Part shown: one piece after another, positions 1-13,984 of the stretch
Layout: every line of letters starts with the position of its first letter
Numbering within the stretch: position 1 is the first letter of the stretch
Assembly (NCBI GenBank): GCA_951406725.2
Contig: OX597818.1
Location: 74,834,001 to 74,898,000 of the forward strand
Reading direction: 5' to 3'
Length of the DNA stretch: 64,000 nt
Source of the DNA: Octopus vulgaris
Lineage: Eukaryota
Program-made: the position numbers and the translations under genes
Notes under the pieces: generated by a model
What the model was told of the DNA's origin: nothing
Database searches by the model: none
What the model saw: only the letters and a program-made list of their open reading frames with translations

Positions 1-836
1 TTAATGGAGAAAATTAGGATTACAGGATTAACTATTTTAATTCTTTCAAATTGTCCTGCTCGCTTACAAACAAAGTGTGCGAAATAAGAACGTCTTTTCG
101 TGGTTTGGGAATTTACCTACACTTTTAAGCATGTAAGAAGACCACGTAGTGGTCTTCTCTCCGTTTATAAAATTTTATACATTCATATATATTGTAAAAA
201 TGCTTGTGTCTACTGATATTTTTTTACGCATGATAACCACTGGTATAAATTATTGTTTTTTAGATAATTTTTACCCTTAGGTAAAATTTTTATATATCTG
301 TGTGACTCTCTCTTCCCCCCCTCTCTCTCTCTCTCTCCCTCTTGCATTCATTCTTTCCCCCTTTTCTTTGCCTCACACTCTCACTTCTATTCTAGCCTTT
401 CTACTTACTTCCTTTCTCTCTCTCCATTTTGCATTCCTAACCTTTCTCCCTGCCCGTCATTCCTTTCCTCTTTTTCTCTGTCACTCCCCCTCCCTGCTGT
501 CTTTCTCCTCCGCCTGCTGCTGCCACGTGACCAACGGTCAGTTCCCCCTTTTGTTCCTTTCTTACTAGTTGACTAGTCGTAAATTCCAACCGACCGTAGC
601 TGACCAGTCGCAAATTCTCTATCCCTCCGTTCTCCATCCTTCCAGACATTTTCTAAGCATTACTCCCTATTTTCGTCTTCTTAGCTCCAATGCCGTCTTT
701 TGATCAACTGTTCGTTCTCATCCACCGTCTTAAAACACACTCTGTGTCGTTTTGCTTATGTTTTCTTTTGTTTGCTCCTGTACCTAATTCTCCGCAGGAA
801 AACCGAGTTTTTTTTGTTTTTTTTGCGGGCGCCGCC

Positions 837-913
837 AATTCGAAAGCACTCAGTCTTATCATTAAAGGTACGAAACTGAATATTACCAATTGGTCAATAA
901 CTGATGAAGAATT
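837..913 (+). ncRNA. Candidate type II-topology hammerhead ribozyme in a probable PLE terminal region
   Basis: AATTC-GAAA(842-845)-gcactca-GTC(853-855)-TTAT...ATAA-CTGATGA(901-907)-a-GAATT. Stem I TTAT/ATAA and stem II AATTC/GAATT pair; stem III is imperfect (G at 15.2). Confidence 0.4.
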
Positions 914-1023
914 ACGGACCTTCTGTTTGTCTCCCGTTCGTTTTTACATTTAGTATATTTTACGTTGTTTGTTTATACATTTTTCATTCATCAAGTAAAG
1001 GAACGCAACACACACTGAATTTG

Positions 1024-1099
<76 letters not shown>

Positions 1100-1147
1100 T
1101 AGATAGATAGATATGTATATATGTATATATACTTATCTATATATCTA

Positions 1148-1202
<55 letters not shown>

Positions 1203-1238
1203 ATGTATCTATACATATATATACGGTATGTAGACATA

Positions 1239-2470
1239 CAGGAGTTGGACAAAATAATGGAAACGCTTTAAAATTTCAAACAAATTTATTTTAATATGAG
1301 GTACGACCGCCTTTGGCAGTAATTACAGCTTGAATCCTATGAGGTATTCATACAAAGTTTGAATTGTTTCCAAGGGAATTTTTGTCTATTCTTCAGCTAA
1401 AACAGTCTCTAGTTCTTGTAGCGATGATCAACTCCTTACTTGTTTTTTCTAAAATGCACCACAAATGTTAAATAATATTGAGCTCTGGGGATTGTTGTGG
1501 CCAGATAAGATGTTCAACTTTACTAGAATATTCCTTGTGGCATTTCGTAACAATTATAGCTGTGTGAATTGGTGCATTATCATTCTGAAACATTGCGTTT
1601 CCCTGCGGAAACAGTTCTGCAATCATAAGATGCATTTGATCACATAAAATGCTTAAGTAGTTTTGACCATTAATTCTGCCATGAAGGGAAACCATTGGTT
1701 TGGCGAATTTCCAAGATATAGCCCACCAGATCATCACAGATCCTCCTCCAAGTTTAACAGTTGGAAGAAGGCAGTCTGGGTCAAATGCTTCTTTTGGCTG
1801 TCTCCATACGTATACTTACCCTGTTGTCGGAAATAAGGCAAAGAATGACTCGTCCGAGAAAATAACATTTTCCCACTACTCTAGGATCAATTCGGTAAGT
1901 TTTTACTCCACTCTAAACGCTTTGCAACGTTAGCTTTTGAAAGCAGTGGTTTTCTAATTGCAGCCCTCCAATGAAATCCGGCTTTGTGCAGCTCCTGACG
2001 AACAGTATTTGTGGAAACTGGGTTCTCGACGTGGTCATTAAGCTCTGCAGTAATTTGAGGAGCTGTACTTTTGTGATCTTTTCTAACAATTCTGTTTCCT
2101 ATCTGAAAATTTTGGTTTTCTTCCGGAGTTTTGTTTCGACGAGGAGGTTTTTACCTCTTTCTCAAAGGCTGTCATTACTTTCGAGACAGTACCTCTTGAT
2201 ACACCAAACATTTCGGTTGTTTACGTTACGTTAGCGCCTGCCATACGAGCACCAACAATTTCACCTCTTTGAAAGTCCGATAGATCTATCATTTTAATGA
2301 GTTTTAATTACCTTTTTCTGCTGATATCTGAAAAGAAACAGCACCTTTAGCAAAACATGTTAAGCAACACTAATAATAAATCAAAAAAACATAAAAATAA
2401 CCGTTTTATAGATATTTCAATATTATGATGCTATGATGTTAGGTTTTTCTATTATTTTGTCCAACCCCTG
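1239..2470 (-). mobile_element. Tc1-family DNA transposon, full length, decayed transposase
   Basis: TIRs CAGGAGTTGGACAAAATAATGGAAAC / GTTTTTCTATTATTTTGTCCAACCCCTG with TA on both flanks. ATG at 2292 gives MIDLSDFQRGEIVGAR; ORF 1468-1737 has FQNDNAPIH and WPQQSPELN (Tc1 DDE motifs). Confidence 0.92.
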
Positions 2471-2759
2471 TATATTTATATATATATATATATACATGCA
2501 TATATGTATGTATGTATTAAGATAAGAATTACCAAATAGTTTATTAGAGCTGTATGATAAAATTTATCATACATTATATGGTGTTCTCTCTAAGTTAGGG
2601 CTATTCAGAAATTTCCCCATTACATTGTAATGCAATTTTATCTTTCAATCAGTCTATCATCATATCGTAAATGAAGGAATTTACTCGAAGCACCATAATT
2701 CGATCAATGTTACTGTTGTGAATATAATCATGTACGCTACAAGATCATTGCTGTCCTTC

Positions 2760-2929
2760 GCTTAACATTTCTTCGTCTTTACGTTCTGACTTCAAATTCC
2801 GCTGTGGTCGACTTTTCCATCAATTCTTTCAAGGTCGATAAATTAAGTACCAGATGAGCACTGGGACCGTTGTAATCAACTTACCTCTTCACCCAAAATT
2901 GCTGGCCTTGTGTCAACATTTGAAACCAT
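2760..2929 (+). mobile_element. SINE family B, partial (tRNA-type head remnant plus Meta/MESC-like core)
   Basis: Matches 32082-32311 and 18186-18333: TTACGTTCTGAsTTCAAATTCCGC..GGTCGACTTT..GGTCGATAAATTAAGTACCAG. Confidence 0.8.
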
Positions 2930-2989
2930 TTTTATCAGTAGTATTATTAAAGTGCATTTCATTCGGACACATGCCGCTCAAATTTTCCT

Positions 2990-3720
2990 GGGCTCGTTAC
3001 AGAAATCTATCTCATCGTTTTCAGGCCGTGGAATGGCGAGTTGTTGGAAGTCCTAATTCACTAATGTAAACAGAGCTGCTACTTGCCAAGCCGCACCACA
3101 TGGTGCTGTTGAATATAGCACTAAAAGTTTGGTGCTACCAAATCCATTAGTATAGAGATCCTGGTCGATGATGGTCTATTCGATATTGGGCAGGTGAAGT
3201 CTACAGACGATGTGAACCAAAGGGATGAAATTTCTGTATCTTTACATCCGAAAGAATGCATACATGCTGCGTGTTGATTATCATGAAGTCAATGCTCTTC
3301 ATACCAATATATTGTTTTGTTATGCCTTCAGATGGTGTGAGGATTGTTCTGTAGGCTATTATTTTGAAAGTTAGGATCCTCCCAGAAGGCAGCTGGTAGG
3401 GTTTCGGAAGCTATAGGCAGGGTTGGAGTTTGAGTGAGTACCTATGTTAAATTTGTGCTGCTATTTTAAAACAATTTTTAAGAATGGTGACAGTGTTTTT
3501 CTGATGGAGTAACTTCATATTGAAACTATGGCATAATTCTTAGAAGCTAGAATACAAATACCTTGCGGTTTGTTCTGGTTTTTGCATTCAGAGTTCAAAT
3601 TTTGTCGACTACAAAATTGCATTTCTTCCAATGATGATCGATGAAGAAAATAACAGAAGTGGTATGGCACCCTGAGGATCTTCCAGCAGTCACAACTTTG
3701 ATATTTCACAGTAGTTGTAA
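2990..3720 (-). mobile_element. Decayed Penelope-like GIY-YIG endonuclease region
   Basis: Minus-strand peptide AYRTILTPSEGITKQYIGM followed by an H..SF-like segment; many stops. Confidence 0.45.
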
Positions 3721-3975
3721 AGGGAGAAACGATATCTATAGATAGTTAAATAGATAACAGACACTCACACATACACACGCACGCACGCACTCACACACAC
3801 ACACACACACACACCATCAGAGACAGGGAGAGAGGTAGATAGAGAGATATTCAGATAGGTAGAAAGGTACAAATACAACCTATATGTAGTAATTAAATTC
3901 ATATATAATGATATATGAAAGAACATAGAGGCACATGTATGCATACATAAACATATCTCTACAGAAACACACACG

Positions 3976-4027
<52 letters not shown>

Positions 4028-4368
4028 TATATATAAACATATATATATATGTATGTACATATATATGTGTATTTATGTATGTATGCATGTATGAATATAT
4101 GGACACATGCATGCACAATGGCAGACACACAATCAATGACAACTGCAATACAACATAGCAATAATGCACTCGGGGTTGGGTTATTTGACCACTTATCGGA
4201 ACACATCTTCACTTGGTCAAACCGAAATGGAGGATGAAATGAATTAAATACTATACACACATGCAAACGTATAGACATGTGCATATCTCTATCGGTATAT
4301 ACACGCATACTTATATCCTTACACAGATACATACATGCATTCGTACATACACACACATACATATATAT

Positions 4369-4419
<51 letters not shown>

Positions 4420-4719
4420 CATACACACACATACATACATATATATATATACATACGTACCCGCATACGTACATACATACACAGACACATATTTGCATGG
4501 ATTTAATTACACTTTTATACCATAATTCTATGAATTTCTACTTGAGTACTACTACTACTACTACTAATACTAATACTAATACTACTACCACTGTTATTAT
4601 TACAGTTGTCACTACTTAGAAGGACAAGAACAAGTACATGAACATAAACAAGAAAAGACGAAAAGTAGAGGAGGAGCAGAAGGAGGAGCAAGAGGAGGAG
4701 AAGGAAGTGGTGGGAGAGA

Positions 4720-5340
4720 ATAATTTCAGTATTTCATTTATATTTGATGATCAATATAACATGATAAATTAACATGGCAATGAAGCATTACCTCAACATT
4801 GCAGCAATTAAATTCCTAGATTATTCAGCTATTTCCCATGTTATATCATAGCCAACTGAAATTTCTATCAAGTTTCCATATAGTTTACTTATTATTATTA
4901 ATATACTACCATCACACGACCTTACACTCTTCAATGTTTCTCGGTCCCCGCAGAATATTCTATCTTTGCTATATTTATATATACTAAAATTTATGATCAA
5001 TTTTCAGTGATGTTAGTTTGTAATTATTCAATGACAAATATTTCATGTAGGATAACTTTTCTGTTTCCTAAGAGTATGAAGTATATCAATTAGGGGTTCC
5101 ATGTTAATTGCATTCCTGCGCAAGATATGCGCTAATTGTCCATTTAAAATGCCTTGTATACAAGCAATAACTGAATCATTTGGAAGGATATTGCTGATTC
5201 TCAAGAGTAAGCGCTTGTCTACTCTTTCATACTTAGGAAAAAAAGAACGCATCATTTCTAAGATGGTGGCTAAATTGGGAAGTATACTTATGCTAACATG
5301 GGTAACACCAGATGGGGTGAACATACAATAATGTACACCC
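4720..5340 (-). pseudogene. LRR-protein (TLR ectodomain-like) relic
   Basis: 93-aa ORF 5043-5324 shifts frame into MKYLSLNNYKLTSLKID (LxxLxLxxNxL-like), then stops. Confidence 0.4.
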
Positions 5341-6779
5341 TATACTAATTTTAAAAGTTTCTTGAGGAATAAGGAAATGAATACTAATTTTAAAAAAGAA
5401 AAGAAATTTTTACCTTAACATAAAATTAAATATAAAAGCACGAACACATACGTTTGTGTCTGTGTGTGTGCGTGTTTGTGTTATTTTTCTAAACTTTATC
5501 AATGTAATTGCAAGCTATTCCATCGGAAACTTACGTCTACAAGATTAAAACCCCTCCCATAAATAATAAGCTATTTACTCTCTCTGCTGCCCCTCTAACT
5601 CCTCCTCGTTCACTGTTCTTATGACTCTTTCTGTCACTCCATGTCTTCGTAGTGTCCATTTATTCATTACTTACTATCGGGATAGGTATGTGCACTCAAC
5701 TATCATCGCTGTCTCTATCTCTTTTCATTTTTCTGACTCTATGAAGAAATCCGCAAAATCAAACAATCAACCAAGTGACTTAAGGCAGCGACCAGGCAGA
5801 ATCGTTAGCACACCGAACATAAATTTGCGCGGTGTGTGTTTATGCGTGTGTGTGTGTGTGTGTGCTTGTGTGTATGTGTGTGTGCGTGTGTGTGTGTGTG
5901 TTTATGTGCGTGTCTGTGAGCACGCGCTTGTGTGCTTGTTGTTAGAATTTATCACAGAATAAGCCCTTTGTTTTCAGTCAACTACTCTCCTATAAATTAA
6001 TTAACCTCAGTTAGTTGCACATTTTCCTCTCCGCAGTGACGTTGCGTAAATAGCGTCTCGGAAACGACAGCAAAGCACGAATCAGCAAGAACCGTTTATT
6101 GCCCATATTAACACTTGATCCGTTTTCTAAAAATGACCGCCACGATAGTGTTTATATTGTTCATATTTATAAAGATTTGATTAAATTGAATACACCGTTT
6201 TGCATCAATGACTAATTCTTTGCAGCCAGGGTGATTAATATATTACTACCGTGTTAAAAGTATTCGGCTAAATAATTTAAATGTTTTACCAAATTCAGTA
6301 TTTTTCTGCATCTTTTATACTTTCATATCGAAATAATCACCAGTTTTGGTCCTTTAGCTTTTGTTAATGATGGGGTTTTTTTTCTCTCTTCTTACTCCAT
6401 ATTCCAAAATATAATTTCTGTTACCGATTAATAATTAACAAATTGGACTGGAGTCACTGAAATAAAAATTTCAGATGGTTGCAATAAGCTTTTGATATTG
6501 TAATATTTTGACAAGAAAGATGTTTATCTACCTTTCGTTGATTAACTGGCATCCACTTTACCTTATGGATAATTAACTATTCAGGTTATATTCAAAGGGA
6601 ACACTAATAAATTAATCTTTTATGCTCCACCACTGAGAGAATATGTTCTGATTTTAAATGGATATTGAATCTCCTTTTCATATTTGCAATAATCATTGTC
6701 CATGTCATCGAATTGAAAAGTTCTGATAATCTTGCGATTTAATGACAATGTTGTCACATCTGATATAATTCCCATCTAT

Positions 6780-6784
<5 letters not shown>

Positions 6785-6858
<74 letters not shown>
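6785..6858. repeat. (TA)n microsatellite
   Basis: Pure TA tract, seen directly. Confidence 0.95.
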
Positions 6859-6862
<4 letters not shown>

Positions 6863-7711
6863 TAATTAGTAGAGTTTGAAGGCTTACTTTTAGCTGAAGA
6901 CTTCTTAGGATTAATAGAAATTGAGATTGATAGAAATTATGCTACTATTTGTAATTCTATTCCTTTATGATTTAAACACCAAGGAGAGGGCAAATTCCTC
7001 CGGTGAATGTTCTGCATACTGTGTACACTAAGGGGTCATGTCATGTAAATTCGTGAGAAAGGGAACATTGACCAACAGAGATTATCCACGCAATCAATGG
7101 ACAAAATTCCTCCTAGAAGTATCTAAAATATAAAAACAGTAAGAAAAATAAGTCCAATTTCAGCAGTAAAGGGACCATTTTGGAATCTCTCACTCTCTTT
7201 ATTTCTCTCTTTCACTCTCTCTCACTTTCACTCTCACTCTCTCTCACTCTCACTCTCTCTCTCTCTCTCTCTCGCTCTCTCTCTCTCCCTCTCTCTCTGT
7301 ATATGTGTGTGTATTAATCATAAGGACACAATAAAATGTCCACCTGCAAGAAATGAGAGTAAAAACCCTATAATTCTACCTATACCTATGTCAATAAATA
7401 CATAGCTTTATGGTATATATGTATATTGAGGGATTTTTTCGATCCGCTTGCCCGAGTAGCGTTTATTCTGTTATTTTCAGTGTTAATCCTTGATGTTTTA
7501 AATGAGGGTTTAACTCTCATTTCTAGCAAGTAGACACTTTATTGTATCCTTAGGGTTAACATAATTTTAATGCTATAGCTATATAATGCTATCTTAGGTC
7601 TGAGACCACCTATTTTAGTGTTGCTGTTATTATCAACTATCTGCTTTGCGTTCGATAATAATAGCAATATTAATATCGATATAAATATTCACTTCTGAAA
7701 CTCTGCTCCTG

Positions 7712-7715
<4 letters not shown>

Positions 7716-7773
<58 letters not shown>

Positions 7774-7780
7774 TTGTATG

Positions 7781-7861
<81 letters not shown>

Positions 7862-7866
7862 GATAT

Positions 7867-7961
<95 letters not shown>

Positions 7962-7978
7962 TGTGTGTATATATATAT
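7716..7978. repeat. Compound (TA)n/(GATA)n microsatellite
   Basis: Seen directly. Confidence 0.95.
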
Positions 7979-8212
7979 GCACTGAGAAGTGTGTTCCCTC
8001 TGACTAGTGTTTGAAGCTTGTCCTATTTTTATAGAGAGTACATGGCCCAAATTAGTATGTTTTGGATAGGATTTGATTAGTAGACGATAGTCACATATAC
8101 TGGTTATAGAAATGTTTGTAGGTTCCCTGTTATGTCCGTGTGTTAATGTCAAGTGACAATGTATCTCAGCCTTAACTCACAATGCCAAGCATGTATGTAT
8201 GAATGTACGTAG

Positions 8213-8279
<67 letters not shown>

Positions 8280-8280
<1 letters not shown>

Positions 8281-9535
8281 GAGGGGTGTTCAATAAGTAA
8301 TGCCCCTGATCCACTTGCAGTTATTTATATCTCTATAGATTAAGTGGCGAATTACAGCTCTGAACTAATTGTGGTTTCTTATTTACAGGTGTTTGAACTG
8401 AGTCAAGTGTGAAATGGATCCTGTTGAGTGTCGAGCAGTGATCTGGTTTTTGTATTTGAAAGGACGCACACCACGGGAGACTTTTGATGAAATGAAAGTA
8501 ACTTATGTTGATGCCCCATCATATGACCTTGTAAAATGCTGGCATTGTGAATTCAAACATAGTCGGAACTCTGTGGAAACAGCTCCTAGATCTGGTCGCC
8601 CCCTTCTGCCGTTGATGAGACGTCTGTCCGTCAAGTTGAGGCTGACATTTTGGAAGGTCAACGCATAATTATTCGCCAAATAGCCCATGAGGTCAAGATT
8701 AGTACCGGGTCTGTGGAAACTATCATTCATGACCATTTGCATATGCAAAAGGTGTCTGCCAGATGGATTTCCAGATTGCTCACACCTTTCCAGAAGCAAG
8801 AACGCGTTGAGTGCTCGAGGATGAATTTGGAGATGTGCCAAGAAGATGAGTCAAAATTTTTCAAAAGACTGATCACACAGGATGAAACCTGGGTCCATCA
8901 CTATGATCCATAGACCAAAGCCCAGTCAATGCAGTGGAAAGCACCGTGACTCACCTCCTCCAAAGAAGGCAAGGGTGCAGCCCTCCGCTGGCAAGGTCAT
9001 GCTCACAGTCTTCTGGGACCAGGACGAAGTAGTGATGACAGATTTCCTGGCAAAGGGTACCACAATTACAGGAGCCTATTATGCTTCACTTTTGAGGAAA
9101 TTAAGAGAAGCTATCAAAATCAAGAGGCGGGGCAAGATCATCAAAGGTATCCTCCTCCTGCAGGACAACGCTCCGGTCCACAACTCGCGTGTCGCCAGAT
9201 CAGAAGCACAGGTGTGCAGCTATGAACTCTTCCCCCATCCCCCTACTCTCCTGACCTTGCACCCTCTGATTTTCACCTCTTCCCAGCCATGAAGTTGATT
9301 TTGAAAGGAAAGCGTTTCCCAGATGATGCAGCCTTGATTTCTGAAGCCACGTCGTGGTTGGAGGACCAAGCTGGGGCCTTCTACAAAAACGGTCTCCAGA
9401 GCTGTATCAAACGATGGGAGAAATGCATAACTCTGGGTGGTTCCTATGTAGGAAAAGACTAATAACTGTGCCAAGTTTCGTTGTTCTACTGCTATGGGTA
9501 GTGGGTCAGAGGCATTACTTATTGAACGCCCCTCG
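8280..9535 (+). mobile_element. Mariner (DD34D) transposon, full length, frameshifted transposase
   Basis: TIRs CGAGGGGTGTTCAATAAGTAATGCC / GGCATTACTTATTGAACGCCCCTCG with TA flanks. Peptides MDPVECRAVIWFL, LITQDETWVHHYDP, LLQDNAPVH and HPPYSPDLAPSDFHLF occur across frames from 8414 to about 9462. Confidence 0.95.
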
Positions 9536-9689
9536 TACATATATACATTCATACATACAAACATACATGCATACATACATGCACATACATACATGCATGC
9601 ATGCATATATACATACATACATACATACATACATACATACATACATACATACATACATACATACATACATACATACATACATACATACA

Positions 9690-10200
9690 CATCGACTGTT
9701 TCAGCCTGCCTCATGGGCTTGTATCTATGTGCGAAATCCTATGTATTTAGTAGAATTATTTTTGTTATCTTTGAAGATCGTACTAGGAATTTACGGAGAT
9801 GAAGAGAACAAAACTTGCTGAGTTGGTGGAAATAATCCGAAACAACTTGTGCTGTGTTTTCATTGTGATGAAAGGTTTCAAAGGCCACCAGTCTCTCTAC
9901 AATACGAATACTTCGCTGGTTATCACATGGACATGTATATAGAAAAAGCATTAAGTTGGTCGCTGAAGCAGTATAGGATGCTTCGAAGTAGTTGTGGACC
10001 AAGTGATATTTGACTTGGATGGAGACAAGTTGGAGTTTGATCAAGATTAGCCGGGACACTTAGATGAAGGTGCTTGATTGTTAAAGGAAGTAACATCACT
10101 GATGTTGTATCACATACTGCTACGTTCGAAAACAAGGTTTCCGCAATACATTTAATCCGTGATATTACATAGTTACGTGTCATTTACACCAATGTATATC
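9690..10200 (-). mobile_element. Decayed PLE GIY-YIG fragment
   Basis: ORF 9739-10059 has SYTASATNLMLFLYTCPCD...VVSDYFH, resembling xTCxSxNxxYxxxCxC...VAxHF of PLE endonucleases. Confidence 0.5.
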
Positions 10201-10889
10201 TACAACCTTTCCAGAACGTATTTTAACCATTATCCGTATTCATATATTTTTGCCTTAGAGCCTTGTAAATATACTTACCTATGTTCTATACAAATATTAC
10301 ATCGTATATAATTTACTTATATATCTATTCAAAAGATGATAACTACATACCATTCACTGTTATAAGTTCACTTTACGTACATTATCTGCCATCTTCCATT
10401 TTTTGTTTGATGACCAAGTGATTTTGGTTGTTATTATTTACTCCTTCTCTCTCTCTCTTTCTCTCTCTCTCTCTATCTCTCCCTCTCTCTCCATTGGCCT
10501 TTTGGCTATTTTAATTTGGAATGCTATTTGTGATATTTTATCTTATGTTTACGAAATGTTAGTTTCTTCGATAACAAAACTTTGCAATTTCGAAATGGAA
10601 ATGGTTCTTTACAGTTCATCATATTCTTTTTACTCAACTCTTTTGTAACAATAAAAGCCATTTCTCCGCAGACTTTCTTCTTCTTCGTTTTCTACTTCGT
10701 CTCCTTCTTCTTCTCCTTTTCCTTCGTCTCCTTGTTTTTCTTCACTTCTTCTCCGGCAGCTATATTTTCTTCTCTCACTACCTCCTTTTCAGCTACTCCT
10801 TCTTGCTTCCTACTTTGCTTTCCCTTACCTTTTTCTCTCTCTTCTTTTCCTTCTTGTTCTTCGACCTCCTCTTCTTTACCCTCTCTTGT

Positions 10890-12390
10890 TCTAAATGGCA
10901 CCATTCTAAAGGAATATTAGTAGGTTGCATGGGGCTGAAATCAACGCCGACAAATCGGTTCGTTTGTGTTTGGGCCCTGGAGAGGCAGGACGATGCCATC
11001 AGATGGTGTTGTCGGACGCTAGACCGACGAACCAGTTACCGTGCTGGGGGTCTGGTTTGGTCCCGACCTCCAGGTTGATAAGAACTGAGACAAAGTAGTG
11101 AACAGGGTGGCCAGCCTTACCCAGAATTATGCTGACAGAAAGCTGCCCCTGTAAGGTTGAACAGAGTGGGTGAATGCTTTCATTGCCTCCGTTATGATTT
11201 ATCGCCTGACCGTCATGTCTTGTCCTGGTTACTACTTGAGCAATTTGGAGTGTCTCTTATTTAAATTCTTTTGGAAAGGATGCGTTCCAATGGTCAGGCG
11301 GTCAGTCTGTTTCCCGCATCCTCTGAGTTGAATATTAAGTATGCCGTGGCTCCTAATGCACAGACACGTGCTTAGGTTACGCCACAAAAACGATTTCTGG
11401 ACAGTGAACGTGAGTGGCCTGCGTTTGTGAGATTTGTCTTTCCGCAGCTCGTCTCTTTGACGAATCTGCCGTCCTGGGTGAAGAAAAGACCGGAACTGGG
11501 CACCTAGTACATAGAATGTTGTCAAGCGCACTCACAGCCTTCGATCAGTTGGGCAGTGGGATCGGTGGATATTCTGCTTTAGAAATTTATAGAGGATTAG
11601 TGACAGGGAAGTGCGACGACGTTCTCGAGGAGACTCTGGGTGCGACGAGAACAAGCCGGCTAGACTGTTCCGGAAGACTTTCCAGTCGGGAGCTATCATG
11701 GATAACTTCCAGATGTCCTTGGTTTGGCAGTACTACCGGGGGGGTGCTATCGGTTCGAGATAAACTCTACAGACACAGAAACCGTTCTGCACGCCCTTGT
11801 TCAGTGTCCGGGCATTGCTGACTTGTAGGGTGGTGTTGAACAGCTGCTGTCATGTGTGAGACAGATTCGTCTGTCAGCCGTGTCTGTAGTGTTGACTACT
11901 ACGCCACCCTTCTTCCATCGGGCAAGCAAGGCAGTTTTCCTTTGTCCGGTGGCTGTGGTGACAGAGGTTGACAAGGCTGAAAGGAGTGAGAACAGATATA
12001 TTCCTATTTGTTAGAGCTCTCATTGACTTCTTCAAGTTTCACTTGAAAAGGAAATTGAGAATGGAGATGGAAGTTGTCCGCAAGTGAGTTTGTTGAACAG
12101 TGGGTGAAAATTGCGAAAATTGTAAGAGTGGATGGCAAGTTGTAAGTGTAGACCTGTGAGTCGGAGAGAAGGAATTGGGGAGGGTATTCTTCCTAGGATT
12201 TCAGGGAAATCTCTCTCGGACAACGGGCTTTCTCGATTATCCTTAGAAGCGTTCCTGTATCAAGAGGGCCACATCTCTATTGCCCTCCCACCTCTTTTTT
12301 TTACCTTTGTATGTTATGCATATGTCTCTTCTTTTCCGGTGTATACCGTGAATACTTTAATTTCTTTTTAAATCTGTCCACTGTCTCCTT
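10890..12390 (+). mobile_element. L1/Tx1-clade LINE, 5'-truncated, decayed 3' half of ORF2
   Basis: Peptides EPVTVLGVWFGPDL, VNAFIASVMIYRL and LLFKFFWKGCVPMVRR are typical of Tx1-like RT C-terminal/thumb regions. Confidence 0.7.
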
Positions 12391-12399
12391 CTCACGACT

Positions 12400-13790
12400 A
12401 ATATTGGACACTTATCTATACCAAATTTCATGACTTTTTCTTTGCTGAAGAGTTTTATAGTCTGTATTAAGAAATCTGTCTTTTTACATTCTTACAAAAA
12501 GGCTTCAGAACATCCATGGAGAGGAAATGGTTAAATGTCCCCTTACTACTTCTGAACTGATACCATGCATTTGCCTTCCTTAATATTAAATTGAGGGGGA
12601 TCAAACATAAGACAAATAGCAAAGGGGATAGCGACTCCCCTTGGAAAATTCGTCTTTTGATATTAACTTTCCATAACTGTGTGTCACCTGAGTAGAAATC
12701 TAATATCCATTTATTCATGCTACAACAAAATAATTCTCTTGTGTTGTCTGCTATATAGAATATACTCAAACATTCATTTATCCATGAGAGTAGGGTCATG
12801 TCATAGGCTTTCCTATAACCTATCCATGGTATTGTTAAAAATTTCTTTCTAGCTTTTACTTTAGGACTGCTTTGTCTATGTACGATAGATCATGCGTTCT
12901 TCTAGCTTTCTTCCTGCAACTTTTCTATTTTTCATGTAGCAAATTCTGGTTGCCAAGGTGTTCGTAAATGCTTTCTGAATGCATTCCTTTTAACAGCTTC
13001 CACACTAATGGTAAGCAAGGGATTGGTCTATAGTTACTAGCTGTATTACTCTTGTTCTTATCTTTCATGATGAGTATTGTCCTCCCTCTAGTCATCCATA
13101 AAGGTATTATTCTTCCATTAAGTTGTTCCCTCAGCCTCCCATGTAAACTACTAAATTTCTTTAGCCAGTACCCTTGAACTAGATTTGGTCCTAGGTCCTT
13201 CCATTTTGGCGTTTTTCATAACACTTTACTCAGTAATGTACTATGTAATCTTAGTTGCTTCTCACTCACTACTTTTCCCCTCACTTTCTTTAACCATATT
13301 GCATGATTGACTGGCTTATCCCAAATATTTCTCCAGGACTTTCTAGCTTCTTCTGCATTAGGTCTCTCATCTTCAGTACTTCGATCTCCACCATGTGTTT
13401 GGCTATAAAATCTCTACCGGTCTGTTTCAACTGATTTATTCTGTGGATACTGATTTTTTCCTTATATCTGGAGAGCTTACCTGCCACTGCTATGATATAC
13501 TATTTCAACTCTTCTATTACTCTCCCAAATCCTTTCTCTTAGACTAAGTATTTTTCTCGAAGGACGATCTACATATTGTGTTTCCTTACTTCTTCAGTTT
13601 CCAGGATTCTACTCTACTTAGATTTTGTCTTAAAGTCTTCACATTATTTTGTAGTCTCCTTTTCCACATTTTCTCTTTTTTAATCTTTCCCTGTGAGATA
13701 TCTAATCTTCTGGTGACTACTATCACTCCTGCATAGATCAGGAAATAGGTGTCTCCTATATTTTTAAAATTTGATGAACCAACTTTTCCT
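12400..13790 (-). mobile_element. Dong/R4-clade LINE fragment (RT)
   Basis: ORF 12467-12799 has RIFQGESLSPLLFVLCLIPL...NHFLSMDVLK; PITCL- and GPD-like motifs lie upstream. Confidence 0.8.
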
Positions 13791-13984
13791 CTGAGATTAA
13801 GTAGTCCTCATCAATTTCTTTTATAATACATAAAGAGCAAGGTACGGTTTGAGCAAGTGCGTTTAGAGACCGTGCTCTGTAAACAAATATTATGAAATTG
13901 AGGTGCCTAAATAGAGTCATACATAAACTATGCAACTACACACAGGCGGTTGCTATATTTGTATCTACTACCAGCTATTACTAA

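Noticed and set aside
136-158. Hairpin AGAAGACCAC-GTA-GTGGTCTTCT as an HHR stem II
   Set aside because: No CUGANGA or GAAA flanking it.
3765-4525. Long ORFs rich in YI/CV/HT repeats (also 7670, 9354, 27427, 42946, 47585, 53135, 63499)
   Set aside because: Translations of TA, TG, CA and GATA microsatellites, not genes.
6893-6950. CTGAAGA followed by GAAA
   Set aside because: No convincing stem II or GUH with stem I pairing.
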